NCBI GenBank assembly: GCA_039923935.1
Contig: JBDTBU010000195.1
Location: forward strand, 1,843-65,842
DNA: 64,000 bases
Reading direction: 5' to 3'
DNA from: Ktedonobacteraceae bacterium
Lineage (GTDB): Bacteria > Chloroflexota > Ktedonobacteria > Ktedonobacterales > Ktedonobacteraceae
Shown: piece by piece, positions 46,447 to 56,462 of the stretch
Layout of the letters: every line of letters begins with the position of its first letter
Numbering within the stretch: the stretch's first letter is position 1
Notes under the pieces: model-generated
The model's database searches: none
What the model saw: the letters and a program-made list of their open reading frames with translations, nothing else
Told to the model about the DNA's origin: nothing
Translations under genes and position numbers: made by a program

Positions 46447-47370
46447 ATGGAAATCAATCAGGATATTCAGGAAATTCCAGCAATGAGTCCCGATCCACGT
46501 ATTCGCGTCTTCCGGCGCATCCTGCATGGGTTGGAAGGCTTTGAGGGCATGGAGGTCGATGTCTACGTGGTCCTGGGCGAACGCTACGTTGTGCTTTTGG
46601 ATACGCTGCTCTGCCCGGCTGATATGGCTGCACTTATGCAGGTCATCGGGCCGGAGCTAGGCAATAGGCAGCTTCTCTGCGTCAATAGTCATGCCGATTG
46701 GGATCATGTGTGGGGCAACAGCTATTTCAGCGGCGAGCGGAGCGTGCCCATTCTGGCTCACGAGCACTGTTCGCAGCGTATGAACTCCGAGGCAGCACGC
46801 CAAAAACTGGCAGATCTTCAGGCTCGTGCTCCTGTCTTTCGCGACGTGCAATTGGTGCCTCCAAGCCTGACATTCAACGAGCAAATGACCATCCACGCTG
46901 GCGGTCTGACCATTGAACTGCTGCACGCGCCGGGACATTGCCCGGATCAGATCGTCGCCTGGCTACCTGAACTGCGTCTCCTGCTGGCCTTCGATGCCGT
47001 AGAAATGCCGTTGCCCTGTCTGAAAAATGCAGCCGGTGTTCCGCTCATGTTTGCCACACTGCAACGTCTTATCGCGCTCAACGCACAGCGAGTACTCTGC
47101 TCACATGGTAATACCACCAGCCCAGCACTGATCTCAGAAAACCTGGCCTATGTGCGCGAGATCGAACGGCGTGCACGTTTGCTGCTAGCACACCACACGC
47201 CCACAGAGGCTGAACTGGAGCACGCGGCTGAACTCGTCGGCTATGCCTTTGATGAGGTGATTGCTCCTATTACTGTAGAGGTAGATCGGGCGTTTTATGC
47301 ATCAGCACACGAGCAGAATGTCCGCGCAACGCTGCAATGGCTATCATCCCCTGTTGCACATCAGTCATGA
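46447..47370 (+). CDS. Metallo-beta-lactamase-fold hydrolase
   Basis: VLLDTL...VNSHADWDHVWGN (HxHxDH-type block, variant) and LLHAPGHCPDQIV. Confidence 0.6.
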   Translation: MEINQDIQEIPAMSPDPRIRVFRRILHGLEGFEGMEVDVYVVLGERYVVLLDTLLCPADMAALMQVIGPELGNRQLLCVNSHADWDHVWGNSYFSGERSVPILAHEHCSQRMNSEAARQKLADLQARAPVFRDVQLVPPSLTFNEQMTIHAGGLTIELLHAPGHCPDQIVAWLPELRLLLAFDAVEMPLPCLKNAAGVPLMFATLQRLIALNAQRVLCSHGNTTSPALISENLAYVREIERRARLLLAHHTPTEAELEHAAELVGYAFDEVIAPITVEVDRAFYASAHEQNVRATLQWLSSPVAHQS

Positions 47371-47410
47371 AAAAGAGGAAGGTGGGTGATAGCTCTCTCA
47401 AGAAAGAAGG

Positions 47411-48052
47411 TCATTCTTGAATAATCAAGCGTAGTTTGCGTTTGAACACCTTCTCAAAGAGATCGGCCTTCTCATAGGCGTGCCCCATCTCTAGATCCAG
47501 GTCGGCTAACGGGCGCACTTGCAATGCGATGGTCCAGGTTTCGTCGTTGTAGAGTTCTTCGGGTGCGGAGAGATGCAATACGCGACCATCGTGGTTATAG
47601 TCCAGCGCGTCGGCGATGCGTATGAGCGCAGACAGTGCCGAGACTCGCTTACGTGCAGCCCTGTTCAACACAGCATATTCCGCGTGAGATGTGCTGGGCA
47701 GTGCTCGACGGTGATAACGGGCAATACAGGCGATTTCATGGCGTTCTGTCTCGGTGAAATCGGGCAACGGTGTCTCTTTAATCAGGCGATAGCTGTGTTT
47801 ATGATGGCGGCGTAGCTCGATCAGCATACCGGTATTATGCAAGAAGGCCGCGCGTGTGAGCAGACGTTGCGCCTCTTCATCCAGCTTGTGCAGCGGGCGG
47901 GTTGCGCAAAACAGTTCACCTGCCAGCCGCTCGACTTGGCGTGCGTGCGGCCAATCTTCCACCTGTAGCCCTCCACTGAGATACAATTCCTCAGACGTAG
48001 GTTCCGAACGTTGCCGCCAATCTAAATCCTCGCTAGGAAACGAGGTCATCAT
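47411..48052 (-). CDS. HD-domain protein resembling the C-terminal domain of Ppx/GppA phosphatases
   Basis: AAFLHNTGMLIELRRHHKHSYRLI and IARYHRR blocks. Confidence 0.65.
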   Translation of the reverse strand: MMTSFPSEDLDWRQRSEPTSEELYLSGGLQVEDWPHARQVERLAGELFCATRPLHKLDEEAQRLLTRAAFLHNTGMLIELRRHHKHSYRLIKETPLPDFTETERHEIACIARYHRRALPSTSHAEYAVLNRAARKRVSALSALIRIADALDYNHDGRVLHLSAPEELYNDETWTIALQVRPLADLDLEMGHAYEKADLFEKVFKRKLRLIIQE

Positions 48053-48138
48053 AAAACTCTCCCTTTGTATTTTTTCTCCGAGTATAGGTTAGAACTTCTG
48101 TTGATCTTCATAAACGCGAATTTGCTACGAACATCTTT

Positions 48139-48756
48139 TTACGTATCTGCATGCCTTGCCAGCATCGCCATGATCTCCTTGCGGAAATGACGTTGCTCAA
48201 GTTGGTCCCAATGCTGGCGAAAGGCTGTGTAGGATTGTTCACGGCGGCGCTCCTGGCGGCGTAAAAAGCTCTCTAGACCCTGACGTTCCCCAGCAGAGAG
48301 CGCGGGCGTATGTGTGGTATCCAAGAGGCTGTTGAGCATCTCCTGGCTGAGCAAGGTTTTGCGCTGTGTTGCTAACTCTGCCTCGCGTTTGCCACTGAGG
48401 GGTGTCGTCTCCTCTGCCTGAAGGGAGAGCCGTAGCAGGGCCAGCATGACCTCACTATCGTGCAGCGTTCCCAGTTCATCTTGCAGATTGGCGAGTTCTT
48501 CCGCGATCCCTACGCTTGCTGTGGGTAAACAGTGCGCGAAAATTTCCAGGGTATAGCGCAACCGTTTGGCCGCGATGCGCATATCGTGTAGCTCCTGGAT
48601 ATTCGCGGGACTTCCTACATAACCAGTGTAGGCATAGAGGTCCGCCAGCCGCTCGCGGGCAATAATGCGTGCGTTTTGTGCGCTGGATGCCTGGGTCTCT
48701 AGCCCGGTAATCGCTCGTGCTTTCGCCATTAATTGTCCGTCCCTTCGCGTACGCAA
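48139..48756 (-). CDS. CHAD-domain protein
   Basis: LHDMRIAAKRLRYTLEIF is the CHAD signature helix. The gene overlaps the upstream gene by 28 nt. Confidence 0.75.
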   Translation of the reverse strand: MRTRRDGQLMAKARAITGLETQASSAQNARIIARERLADLYAYTGYVGSPANIQELHDMRIAAKRLRYTLEIFAHCLPTASVGIAEELANLQDELGTLHDSEVMLALLRLSLQAEETTPLSGKREAELATQRKTLLSQEMLNSLLDTTHTPALSAGERQGLESFLRRQERRREQSYTAFRQHWDQLEQRHFRKEIMAMLARHADT

Positions 48757-50126
48757 GCTTTTATTTGATCCTCTAGCTTTTTCCCATCCAGACGGCTCAG
48801 CACTACCGTTAGCTCTTGCTGTTTCTGTTGGCGATACGCGTGTAGCCGCTCTACCAGCCGGCGTACGCCTTCCTGCTCTTCCTCGCTCACATTTTCCAAC
48901 TGCTCATAGAGATGATGGAGCATCACGTCGGTATCACGCGCTTCCCCCAACGCATCGGCCACTTTTTTTATCTTACGATAGACCTTTTTGAATAATGTGC
49001 GGTCACAGCATGATTGATAGGCATCTAATGCAGCACGTAGGCGGCGCGAGGCCACACGCATCTTATGAACTGCCTCGATATCCTCATGCTTGAGCACTTC
49101 AGCAGGCCATTCCAGCATTGTATGCAGGCGTTCCAGCAGCACAGTACGCGCGGATTGCGCGAAGCTCTCCTCAGTTGTTTCCTCTTTGCCAGCCTCTCCC
49201 AGCCAATTTTCGCCGAAACGCGCATAGGCGAGCAAAACGCCCTCACGGATGCCATGCGGGCTAACCACAATCTCGTGGATTTGGAGCCGTCGCATTACAT
49301 GCGCAATAATCAATGTTCCAGCCAATAAGATGCGTGCGCGTGCCAAAGGTTGTTTGTAGAGGTTCGCGATATCTGTGGTTTCCAGAGCGCTCAGTAGACC
49401 TTGGCAACGTGCCAGATCTTCCAGCGAGAGCCGCCGAGGCTCAATCGGACGGTGAAAAGCCTCCTGTACCAGATAGCATAACGAATTCGCACTACCTCCT
49501 GTAACAATCAACGTGGGGGCGCGTTGTTTTATGGGGACACCACGCAAATACGTTTGCAGGAAGGTCTCGGCTGCCTCGATCTCACCCGAAGTTGGCGGGT
49601 CGCCAGAGAGGTAGCGGTCATGCAGCCAGCCGGAGCCAATCGGTAGCGAGGTGCGCCATACGAGATGCATCTTGCGAGCAAAGGCCAGCTCTAAGCTGCC
49701 GCCGCCCAGATCCATCACCCCTATCTGCTCATGTTCGCCTGCCTCATAGGTCGCGCCAAAGAACGTCAGTGCCGCCTCAGCCGCTCCACTAATCAACTGC
49801 ATCTCCAGGCCTGTCTGCTCTTTCACCGTTGCAATAAACTCGGAGCTATTACTGGCTTGACGGATCGCCTCAGTGGCTACCACAAAGATACGTGTGGCCC
49901 CATGCTGTGCAGCTAGAGCCTGATATATTTGCAGGGTGGCAATAGCAGCTTGAGATTTTGCGGGCGAGATCGCGCCTGTCGCCGTCACACTCTCCCCAAT
50001 GCGCACCATTTCCACCTCGTCCGCCACAATTTCCAGCGTATCAGGGAAACAGCGAGCGACCACAATATGGATCGTATTGCTGCCCACATCGATGGCGGCG
50101 CACATGGGAGCCGAGCGGGTTTTCAT
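48729..50126 (-). CDS. Ppx/GppA-family phosphatase fused to a C-terminal CHAD domain
   Basis: Actin-like ATPase motifs AIDVGSNTIHIVV and VMDLGGGSLEL. C-terminal VHKMRVASRRLRAALDAY (CHAD). Confidence 0.85.
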   Translation of the reverse strand: MKTRSAPMCAAIDVGSNTIHIVVARCFPDTLEIVADEVEMVRIGESVTATGAISPAKSQAAIATLQIYQALAAQHGATRIFVVATEAIRQASNSSEFIATVKEQTGLEMQLISGAAEAALTFFGATYEAGEHEQIGVMDLGGGSLELAFARKMHLVWRTSLPIGSGWLHDRYLSGDPPTSGEIEAAETFLQTYLRGVPIKQRAPTLIVTGGSANSLCYLVQEAFHRPIEPRRLSLEDLARCQGLLSALETTDIANLYKQPLARARILLAGTLIIAHVMRRLQIHEIVVSPHGIREGVLLAYARFGENWLGEAGKEETTEESFAQSARTVLLERLHTMLEWPAEVLKHEDIEAVHKMRVASRRLRAALDAYQSCCDRTLFKKVYRKIKKVADALGEARDTDVMLHHLYEQLENVSEEEQEGVRRLVERLHAYRQQKQQELTVVLSRLDGKKLEDQIKACVREGTDN

Positions 50127-50320
50127 AGAGCTGCCTTTCTCAGTGTAACGTGAGTAACGTGTAGAAGCGTAAATAAACGCAACTATGCTCCTGGCGCTAG
50201 TATATGCAGGATGTTGACTTTATTATAGCACGCTTGATGAACTCAACTGGTGTCAGTTTATGACGCTGGCAAGCATGTGCACGACATTTTCCGGGCCTGC
50301 AAAAAAGGTCTTCTATCCTC

Positions 50321-50349
50321 TTGACAGAATTTTGGGAATGCTGTATTAT
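50321..50349 (+). promoter_or_regulatory. Sigma-70-type promoter for the tRNA gene
   Basis: TTGACA (50321-50326), a 17-nt spacer, then TATTAT (50344-50349), 30 nt upstream of the tRNA 5' end. Confidence 0.65.
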
Positions 50350-50379
50350 AAACCACGTCCAAGAGGACAAACACACCGC

Positions 50380-50463
50380 GCCGAAATGGTGAAATTGGTA
50401 GACACGCAACGTTCAGGGCGTTGTGCTCGAAAGGGCATGGGGGTTCGAGTCCCCCTTTCGGCA
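50380..50463 (+). tRNA. tRNA-Leu (anticodon CAG), long variable arm, CCA not encoded
   Basis: Acceptor GCCGAAA/TTTCGGC, anticodon stem-loop CAACG-UUCAGGG-CGUUG, T arm GGGGG-TTCGAGT-CCCCC. Close to E. coli tRNA-Leu(CAG) in layout. Confidence 0.93.
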
Positions 50464-50567
50464 TCCTTCTTTATTGAGAGGTGGCCTCAGGCAAGGAGAG
50501 AAGCGGCTTGGGGTAGTTGGGGATGGCCTACAAAAAACGCTTTACGACAATTTTTACGACAGTTTGC

Positions 50568-51785
50568 TTATCCCTCAGAATGAGCACGTCCTGGCATTTC
50601 CTTTTCTTGTTTTCCCTTCTTTGACCCACTCTTTTCAATCGCCGCATTTAGCTTGTAGATCGCATCTTGATGCATGCCGGGGAGGACATGGGAATAAATG
50701 TCCATGGTCATTGAGATCAGGCTGTGACCAAGAATTTCTTGTACCACCTTCGGATGGACTCCAAGGCTGAGCAAAAGGGTCGCTGCACTGTGGCGCAAGT
50801 CATGGAAGCGAATATCCGGCAAATCGGCTTTCTTCAAGAAAACTTTCAGTCGATCGAGGATGTCCTTTGTTGGATTCAGGTGCGTTCCTAGAGATGTGCA
50901 GAACACGTAGTCATGTTCTTGCCAGTACATTCCAGCTTTCTTCCTTTCTTCTCTCTGGCGCACACGATGCTCTTCCAATGCTTTGAAAGCAAAGGAAGCG
51001 ATGACGATGGTACGTCGGCTTTTCTGCGTTTTTGTTTCTGCTTCCTCATATCCTTTCCCAGGCAGTTTACTTGGAATCCGTGAAAGGATTCGACGCACCT
51101 GCAACGTTTCTTTCACCAAATCAATGTCCTGCCATTTGAGACCCATGATTTCTCCACGTCTCATACCAGTCGCGAGCGCGAGTTTAAACAACGCTTCCAG
51201 GCGATGCCCCTTGACAACTTCCAGCAGTTTCTGTATTTGCTCTAACGTTAATGCAGTGACCTCAAACTGCTGTTCACGAGGCGGAGTGACCGCGTCACAC
51301 ACATTTCTTGCAATAAGATTCCACTTCACAGCAGTATCCAGAGCTTTGTGTAACAAGCTATGAAAGCCAATCACTGTTGATCCGGAAAGTCCGTCTTGTA
51401 ACTTCTTTGCATAAAAGGCTTGCACATGCTGTGCCGATAAGCTCTGTAGCTTGTGACGACCCAACACTGGAAGAATATGAAGGCGCAGGATCTCCTCATA
51501 TCGCTCATAGGTGCGAGGCCGAATACTTTGTTTTTGTGTGTTCTCCAGCCAATCGGTTAAAAACTGCACTAACGTTTGTTGAGGAGCAGCAATAAATGTG
51601 TTCTGCTGTACCTCATACAGAGCTTTCCGCAATTTCTCCCGCGCTTCCTTTTGTGTTTTCGCATAGAGCGTTTTCCGCTTGCCCTCTGCGGTGGTAAATG
51701 TCGCTGCGTAGGTACCATTTTGACGCTCATAAATCGTACCTTCACCGTTCCCGCGACGACCGCTCTTCTTGCTCCGGTTTTCCAT
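50568..51785 (-). CDS. Tyrosine-type site-specific integrase (phage integrase family)
   Basis: N-terminal GEGTIYERQNGTYAATFT (arm-binding type). Catalytic RGEIMGLKWQDI, FHDLRHSAATLLL, LGHSLISMTMDIYSHV (R..HxxR..Y). Confidence 0.9.
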   Translation of the reverse strand: MENRSKKSGRRGNGEGTIYERQNGTYAATFTTAEGKRKTLYAKTQKEAREKLRKALYEVQQNTFIAAPQQTLVQFLTDWLENTQKQSIRPRTYERYEEILRLHILPVLGRHKLQSLSAQHVQAFYAKKLQDGLSGSTVIGFHSLLHKALDTAVKWNLIARNVCDAVTPPREQQFEVTALTLEQIQKLLEVVKGHRLEALFKLALATGMRRGEIMGLKWQDIDLVKETLQVRRILSRIPSKLPGKGYEEAETKTQKSRRTIVIASFAFKALEEHRVRQREERKKAGMYWQEHDYVFCTSLGTHLNPTKDILDRLKVFLKKADLPDIRFHDLRHSAATLLLSLGVHPKVVQEILGHSLISMTMDIYSHVLPGMHQDAIYKLNAAIEKSGSKKGKQEKEMPGRAHSEG

Positions 51786-52113
51786 AAAAGATCTTCCTTT
51801 CCAAAGGTTTTTTATGCGCAAAGCTGCACACACCAATAGAGTACCATAATTCTGGGCTATTGGGAACAAACGTACAAAACCTGGCCTTTCGGTTTTCCTT
51901 GTTTGCCAGCAACTGCGGCAGGAAAAACAGTGGGAGGTGAAAATAACCCAATCTCCTGAAGTGGGTTACCGCCCTATGCGATCTCGCCTTTAGCGACTGC
52001 GATACGTACTCTTGCGCATCCCCAATGAGATGCGCAAGATCGCTCTCGGGCTAAAACCCTGAGAAGGATGCCCTCTTTGCAAGGTTTCTCAGGTAGCACA
52101 GACCTCTATCTAT

Positions 52114-52314
52114 TTAACTAGCTTCACGCCTTTTTTCAAGCCAGTGTTGAAGGTCCTCTTTAGATACCCGTACGGCTCGCCCAAACTTTATTATAGGAAG
52201 GTTTTCTTTCCAAATCAGTTCATAGACTTTCGTTCTCCCTAGGCTGAGTACTTTTGCAACTTGCGGAATCGTTAAAAGCATTTGGAAGGACGTTGGTTGG
52301 TCATGTGGTTCCAT
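52114..52314 (-). CDS. Excisionase-family HTH DNA-binding protein
   Basis: LLTIPQVAKVLSLGRTKVYELIWKENLPIIKFGRAVRVSKEDLQHWLEK matches the excisionase/MerR-like HTH_17 pattern. Confidence 0.8.
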   Translation of the reverse strand: MEPHDQPTSFQMLLTIPQVAKVLSLGRTKVYELIWKENLPIIKFGRAVRVSKEDLQHWLEKRREAS

Positions 52315-52868
52315 TGCTCATTCTCTTTCTGAATTATCATAATCCTGTAGTCCGATCTCGATCTCTTTGGAGAGCACTCGCTTTCTGCTCTTGTCTAAGG
52401 GATCGAGGCGTTTACTACAAGTATGCCCAATTCGTCGGTCAGATACCACAACAAAACTCTACAAAATGTCGTGTAGAGAAAAATGGAGGGTTTTGTAGAG
52501 TGCATAAACAAATAAAAAGAGTAAAAATCAATATATTGCGATTGAATATATCACAGAGTAGAGAAAACGGTTACCCATGATGTTGCTTGGAAAGGATGCA
52601 CAGTAGACTTTATTCCGGTTGTAGTATACTCAAGAAAAACCAAAACAGGGAGAGTCACATGAGCGGATTAAGATAGGCAGAAGTGGTGAGGCCACCTACA
52701 TTTTGTCCAAAGGAGCGGAAGGATGACGCTGATCCCAAGGGGTTACAGGAGCAAGACGCGGCATAGCGGCAAGATACCAAGCGTGCAGAGATTGTTCAGA
52801 TATAGTGTCCCATATGACCTCTCCATGGGACCGATCGCACGGTTTTGTCTAAAAAGAGCCATTTGTTG

Positions 52869-52898
52869 TATCGCAACAACGCCTCTCTCGTTGCGATA
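52869..52898. repeat. Hairpin TATCGCAAC-12 nt-GTTGCGATA
   Basis: 9-bp perfect stem with loop aacgcctctctc. It shares a GCAAC/GTTGC core and loop length with the hairpin at 53174-53213. Confidence 0.8.
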
Positions 52899-53173
52899 TC
52901 GTGCCCTACCCTCAGCTTGCATTCTAACGCGTGCATTCTCTCTCATAATGATCGAGCCACGCACGCCACCCATCGGACAGGGATCTCCATCTGAGAAGCT
53001 AGAGGAGCCTATAGAAAGGGTCGGCTTGTTTTTGAGCCGAAGAGCGTCTTGCAATGTTGAGATAATCAAAACTGGTGGATCCTCGATCATTCAAGGCAAA
53101 ACGCTTCCTGCTTCTTTCTTAGAGCGCGAAGGGAAAGCCTGCCTCTCTTGACTTAAAACGAATGGAATGCTAC

Positions 53174-53213
53174 TTTTGTGTGGCAACAAGGATCATCTCG
53201 TTGCCACACAAAA
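53174..53213. repeat. Hairpin TTTTGTGTGGCAAC-12 nt-GTTGCCACACAAAA immediately upstream of the second recombinase gene
   Basis: 14-bp perfect stem with loop aaggatcatctc. It ends 23 nt before ATG 53237. Confidence 0.85.
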
Positions 53214-53236
53214 AAAAGCAGAAAGGGAAATATATC

Positions 53237-54304
53237 ATGACGATGGTATTGCTTCTTCGGAGCGATCGGACAGCGCTGATCGACCATACCATTGCACTTT
53301 GGATCAAAACCAAAGCGGAATTGTCGAATAGTTTGCGGACCAGAGAAAGCTATGAGCACGCTATTACCACGTTTCGCAGTATGGCCCTTGCTGCTGGCAT
53401 CGACCTCGATGGGTTTCCCCCAACAGATCCTATTCGTCACAGAACGTTCGATGAAATGGAACACGCCCTTGCAGCTCTTGGACTCATGGCACAAGTCTGG
53501 GCCTCATCGGCTCACAAGGAAAAACAACGTCAAGAAGGCGTCAGTGCGAATACGTACAACAACCGCCTTTCGGTTATCAGTAGCTTTTACACTTTTGGGA
53601 AAGAGCGGCGGTTGCTGCGCATGGATAATCCGATTGAACATATCGAGCGACGCAAGGTTCAGGACTACATCTCAGCACGTCCCCTTTTCAAAGATCAGAT
53701 CGCGGCAGCACTGGCGAAGATCGATAAGCAGACCGTGGCAGGAAAACGTGATCATGCACTCCTTTTGCTTTTGCTCGGAACAGGACGCCGAGCCAGTGAG
53801 GTCCGCATCCTCACATGGAAGGATCTGCTCATCTATGATGGAGGGATAACCATCCATTTTCACTGTAAGGGATCTAAAGAGTTGTACGATCACCTAGAAC
53901 CACGGGTGGTTCGCACGCTACTCGCCTATCTCAAGGTTATGTTCCATTACGACCCAAAAGGGTCTCCTCCTGCTCCCGGTTCTGAGATTGCCCCAGAACA
54001 ACCGATCTGGTTATCCTTTTCCCATAAACGATACCATCAACCGTTATCTCAGCGAGGTCTGGCGGATATCTTCGAGCGTTATTTTGGCATGACGAAGATC
54101 CACGCCACGCGACACACTTTTGCGCTGACAATGCTCAAATCGGGGGCAACCATTCTAGAAATCATGCAACGGCTTGGCCACAGCAATATTGCGACAACCA
54201 GCCGCTATCTGAATAGCTTAGCAAGTACTGACAATAGCTTTGCTTCTCAAATCCTTGACGAGATGGGGATTGCAGATGATGAGGAGTTTGTCTCTGGTCT
54301 GTGA
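53237..54304 (+). CDS. Tyrosine recombinase (XerC/D-like)
   Basis: SAM-like N-domain (ESYEHAITTFRSM), catalytic GTGRRASEVRILTWKDL, HATRHTFALTMLKSG, LGHSNIATTSRYL. Confidence 0.88.
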   Translation: MTMVLLLRSDRTALIDHTIALWIKTKAELSNSLRTRESYEHAITTFRSMALAAGIDLDGFPPTDPIRHRTFDEMEHALAALGLMAQVWASSAHKEKQRQEGVSANTYNNRLSVISSFYTFGKERRLLRMDNPIEHIERRKVQDYISARPLFKDQIAAALAKIDKQTVAGKRDHALLLLLLGTGRRASEVRILTWKDLLIYDGGITIHFHCKGSKELYDHLEPRVVRTLLAYLKVMFHYDPKGSPPAPGSEIAPEQPIWLSFSHKRYHQPLSQRGLADIFERYFGMTKIHATRHTFALTMLKSGATILEIMQRLGHSNIATTSRYLNSLASTDNSFASQILDEMGIADDEEFVSGL

Positions 54305-54551
54305 CCTCGTGCGCATGGGGATTACAAGTTGAAAACCCATCATGACGATAACAACCCTTTCCTTTTCAAACGCTCAATATTTTATTTCTTGTATTAAAAC
54401 AGAGGATTTTCAATTCTCTCCTGTAGAGGAATTTCTCATCAATGGAACAAAAACCTGTGCTCTTCGTTGAGTACAGATTTGTTTGTTTGCAAGCCTTCTC
54501 TTTCCATATGGTAGCAGTCAGTACTCACTGCATCTCTCAGGAAGGAAGGAG

Positions 54552-55811
54552 CTACCCAGCGCGATATTCCTGCTCATGCTCTTCTGACAAAAAAACACGA
54601 GCATATGCTGTAACAACCGGATGCAACCAGTAGGAGCCATTCTTTCTCCATTCGAGTAATCCTGTGTCCACCAGGGAATCGAGTAGATGGATTTGGAGGC
54701 CCGGTTGGTGCAAGGCCATTACCTGCTGCTCAGTAAAAGGTGCCGTCGGCATCGGTAGGGCATGAACGAGTAAAGAGAGCGCTTTTTTCGGCAACGGAGG
54801 AAGCCGTTGGATACTGCTGCTTATGGCCGCATACAAGGAGCACGGTTGGTGTGCATGAATACGCATCGAGCAAGGAATATTCAGATAAAACGCGTCCTGC
54901 GTGAGCCTGAACAAGGCTTCTTCAAAACGCCGTGGCGACGAAGCACGCGCTTCGCAACGCAAGTACTCACCCAAAAGCACTAATGCCAGCGGTAACTTAC
55001 TGACATGTTGCATAAGATTTTCCATGTGCTGGCGATATTTTTGTACCAGTGTGGGCGGAAGAGATCGTATAAGCAGTGTGAAAGCCTCAGTATTGTTCAG
55101 ATCTGGTACTCGGTAAATGGTATGGCTTTGGGAGAGAGCAAGCTTTTTTTGTCGTGTTGTGAACACATACTGGCATTGTGTTCCTCCCACGAGATACGCG
55201 AATAAATCATTCTCCCAGAGGTCATCCAGGAGAAAAAGGATGCGGCGTGATCCAATAGCCATACGTAAACGATCCCGCGCTTGTTCCGGATTTTTCGGAA
55301 GGGTTGAGAGACCAAGGAGACGTCCCCAGCGTTGCAGATGCTGCAACGGCTGGGATTCCTGTCCCACCGTGGCCCAGAATACACCATCAAACGTGGTACG
55401 GAGTTCCGGGTGTGTGGCAAGCATGTGTAAGACCGCTGTTTTGCCCTGGCCTGGCCAGCCAATAAGGCTCAGAATCTGTTTGGGAGAAGGACTCTCAAGT
55501 TGTTGTTGCAACTGCTTGAACAGTGCCTGCTGCCCTACCAGCGTTGTATTGGGAGAATGCATGGGGACAGATATATCGATAATCGGAACAGTCGCACGTT
55601 GCAATGTTCTCTCATCGGAATATTCTTGCGGCCAAAAGGTGGTCTCAGGAAGATGAAGGTATTCACAAATCAACTGGCGATGAAACGTGTTTGGTTTCAT
55701 CCCTTGCCGTTCCCAGCGGTGAATCGAGACACTACTGACATCGAGAACCTTTGCGAATTCTTCCTGTGTGAGACCAGCGTGAATGCGGGCGCGTCTCAAC
55801 CATTCATTCAT
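54552..55811 (-). CDS. HTH (XRE) - NB-ARC/STAND P-loop NTPase
   Basis: N-terminal LRRARIHAGLTQEEFAKVLDVSSVSIHRWERQG. Walker A IGWPGQGKTAVL, Walker B RILFLLDDLWE, then a helical/winged-helix region. No obvious C-terminal repeat sensor. Confidence 0.75.
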   Translation of the reverse strand: MNEWLRRARIHAGLTQEEFAKVLDVSSVSIHRWERQGMKPNTFHRQLICEYLHLPETTFWPQEYSDERTLQRATVPIIDISVPMHSPNTTLVGQQALFKQLQQQLESPSPKQILSLIGWPGQGKTAVLHMLATHPELRTTFDGVFWATVGQESQPLQHLQRWGRLLGLSTLPKNPEQARDRLRMAIGSRRILFLLDDLWENDLFAYLVGGTQCQYVFTTRQKKLALSQSHTIYRVPDLNNTEAFTLLIRSLPPTLVQKYRQHMENLMQHVSKLPLALVLLGEYLRCEARASSPRRFEEALFRLTQDAFYLNIPCSMRIHAHQPCSLYAAISSSIQRLPPLPKKALSLLVHALPMPTAPFTEQQVMALHQPGLQIHLLDSLVDTGLLEWRKNGSYWLHPVVTAYARVFLSEEHEQEYRAG

Positions 55812-55979
55812 TTTTGTGCACTTTCTCTCAAATCCTTTTTTAAGGCAGATATAGACAAGAGGCATCATGAACTTAAAAAAAGAGATCAATCAACACGAAA
55901 AACAGAGCTTTCTACCTGTGCGTTTCTAGACGAATGCAACGATACGCGAAACATATGTACTCGCGACAGCACTCTCGCT

Positions 55980-56462
55980 TTACCAACGCCAACCAGCCGT
56001 CTGTGGCTCCTGCCGGTATGAAAGCAGCCCCGCCCAATACGCAACCTGACGTGCTAAAGCGTCCGCTTCGAATGCAGGATGAGAACGAGGAGACGGGTTC
56101 TCGACAATTTCTCGCATTGCCTCCTCACAGTAGGCATCACATTGTGCAGGATCTTTCATGCCCATGCACTTGGCGAGGTAGCGCAGGTAGTTTCGACGAC
56201 GGGCGTGTATGAGATCTACGGGGACTAAAACAAAATGGGCTTTGTTCGTCGTAAGGCCACCATAGTATGTTGGAACAGAAGGATCAAAGATCTTTTTGTA
56301 AGGAAACAGCACTCCTGGCTGCCAGTTATACCACTGTCGCATGTCATCCTCGACCTGGTCAAGCGCGGTTGCCGGGGAGTACACATAAATGTGCTCGGCT
56401 AACGAGCTTTCTAGGGTTCCTTTAATGGCGGGATGCTGATTTTCTTGCTCTTTCTTCTCCAT
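55980..56462 (-). CDS. Hypothetical protein (160 aa)
   Basis: ORF co-oriented with and upstream of the STAND NTPase. No family recognised. Confidence 0.4.
   Translation of the reverse strand: MEKKEQENQHPAIKGTLESSLAEHIYVYSPATALDQVEDDMRQWYNWQPGVLFPYKKIFDPSVPTYYGGLTTNKAHFVLVPVDLIHARRRNYLRYLAKCMGMKDPAQCDAYCEEAMREIVENPSPRSHPAFEADALARQVAYWAGLLSYRQEPQTAGWRW

Noticed and set aside
52011-52038. 10-bp-stem hairpin CTTGCGCATC-8 nt-GATGCGCAAG downstream of the excisionase as a terminator
   Set aside because: There is no U-tract on the minus strand after the stem, so an intrinsic-terminator call is not supported. It is noted only as a palindrome.
52723-53151. Mutually antisense ORFs of 142 aa (+) and 115 aa (-) in the island
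   Set aside because: Neither shows motifs, an RBS or convincing composition. The region is better described by its hairpins. It is left unannotated as coding.
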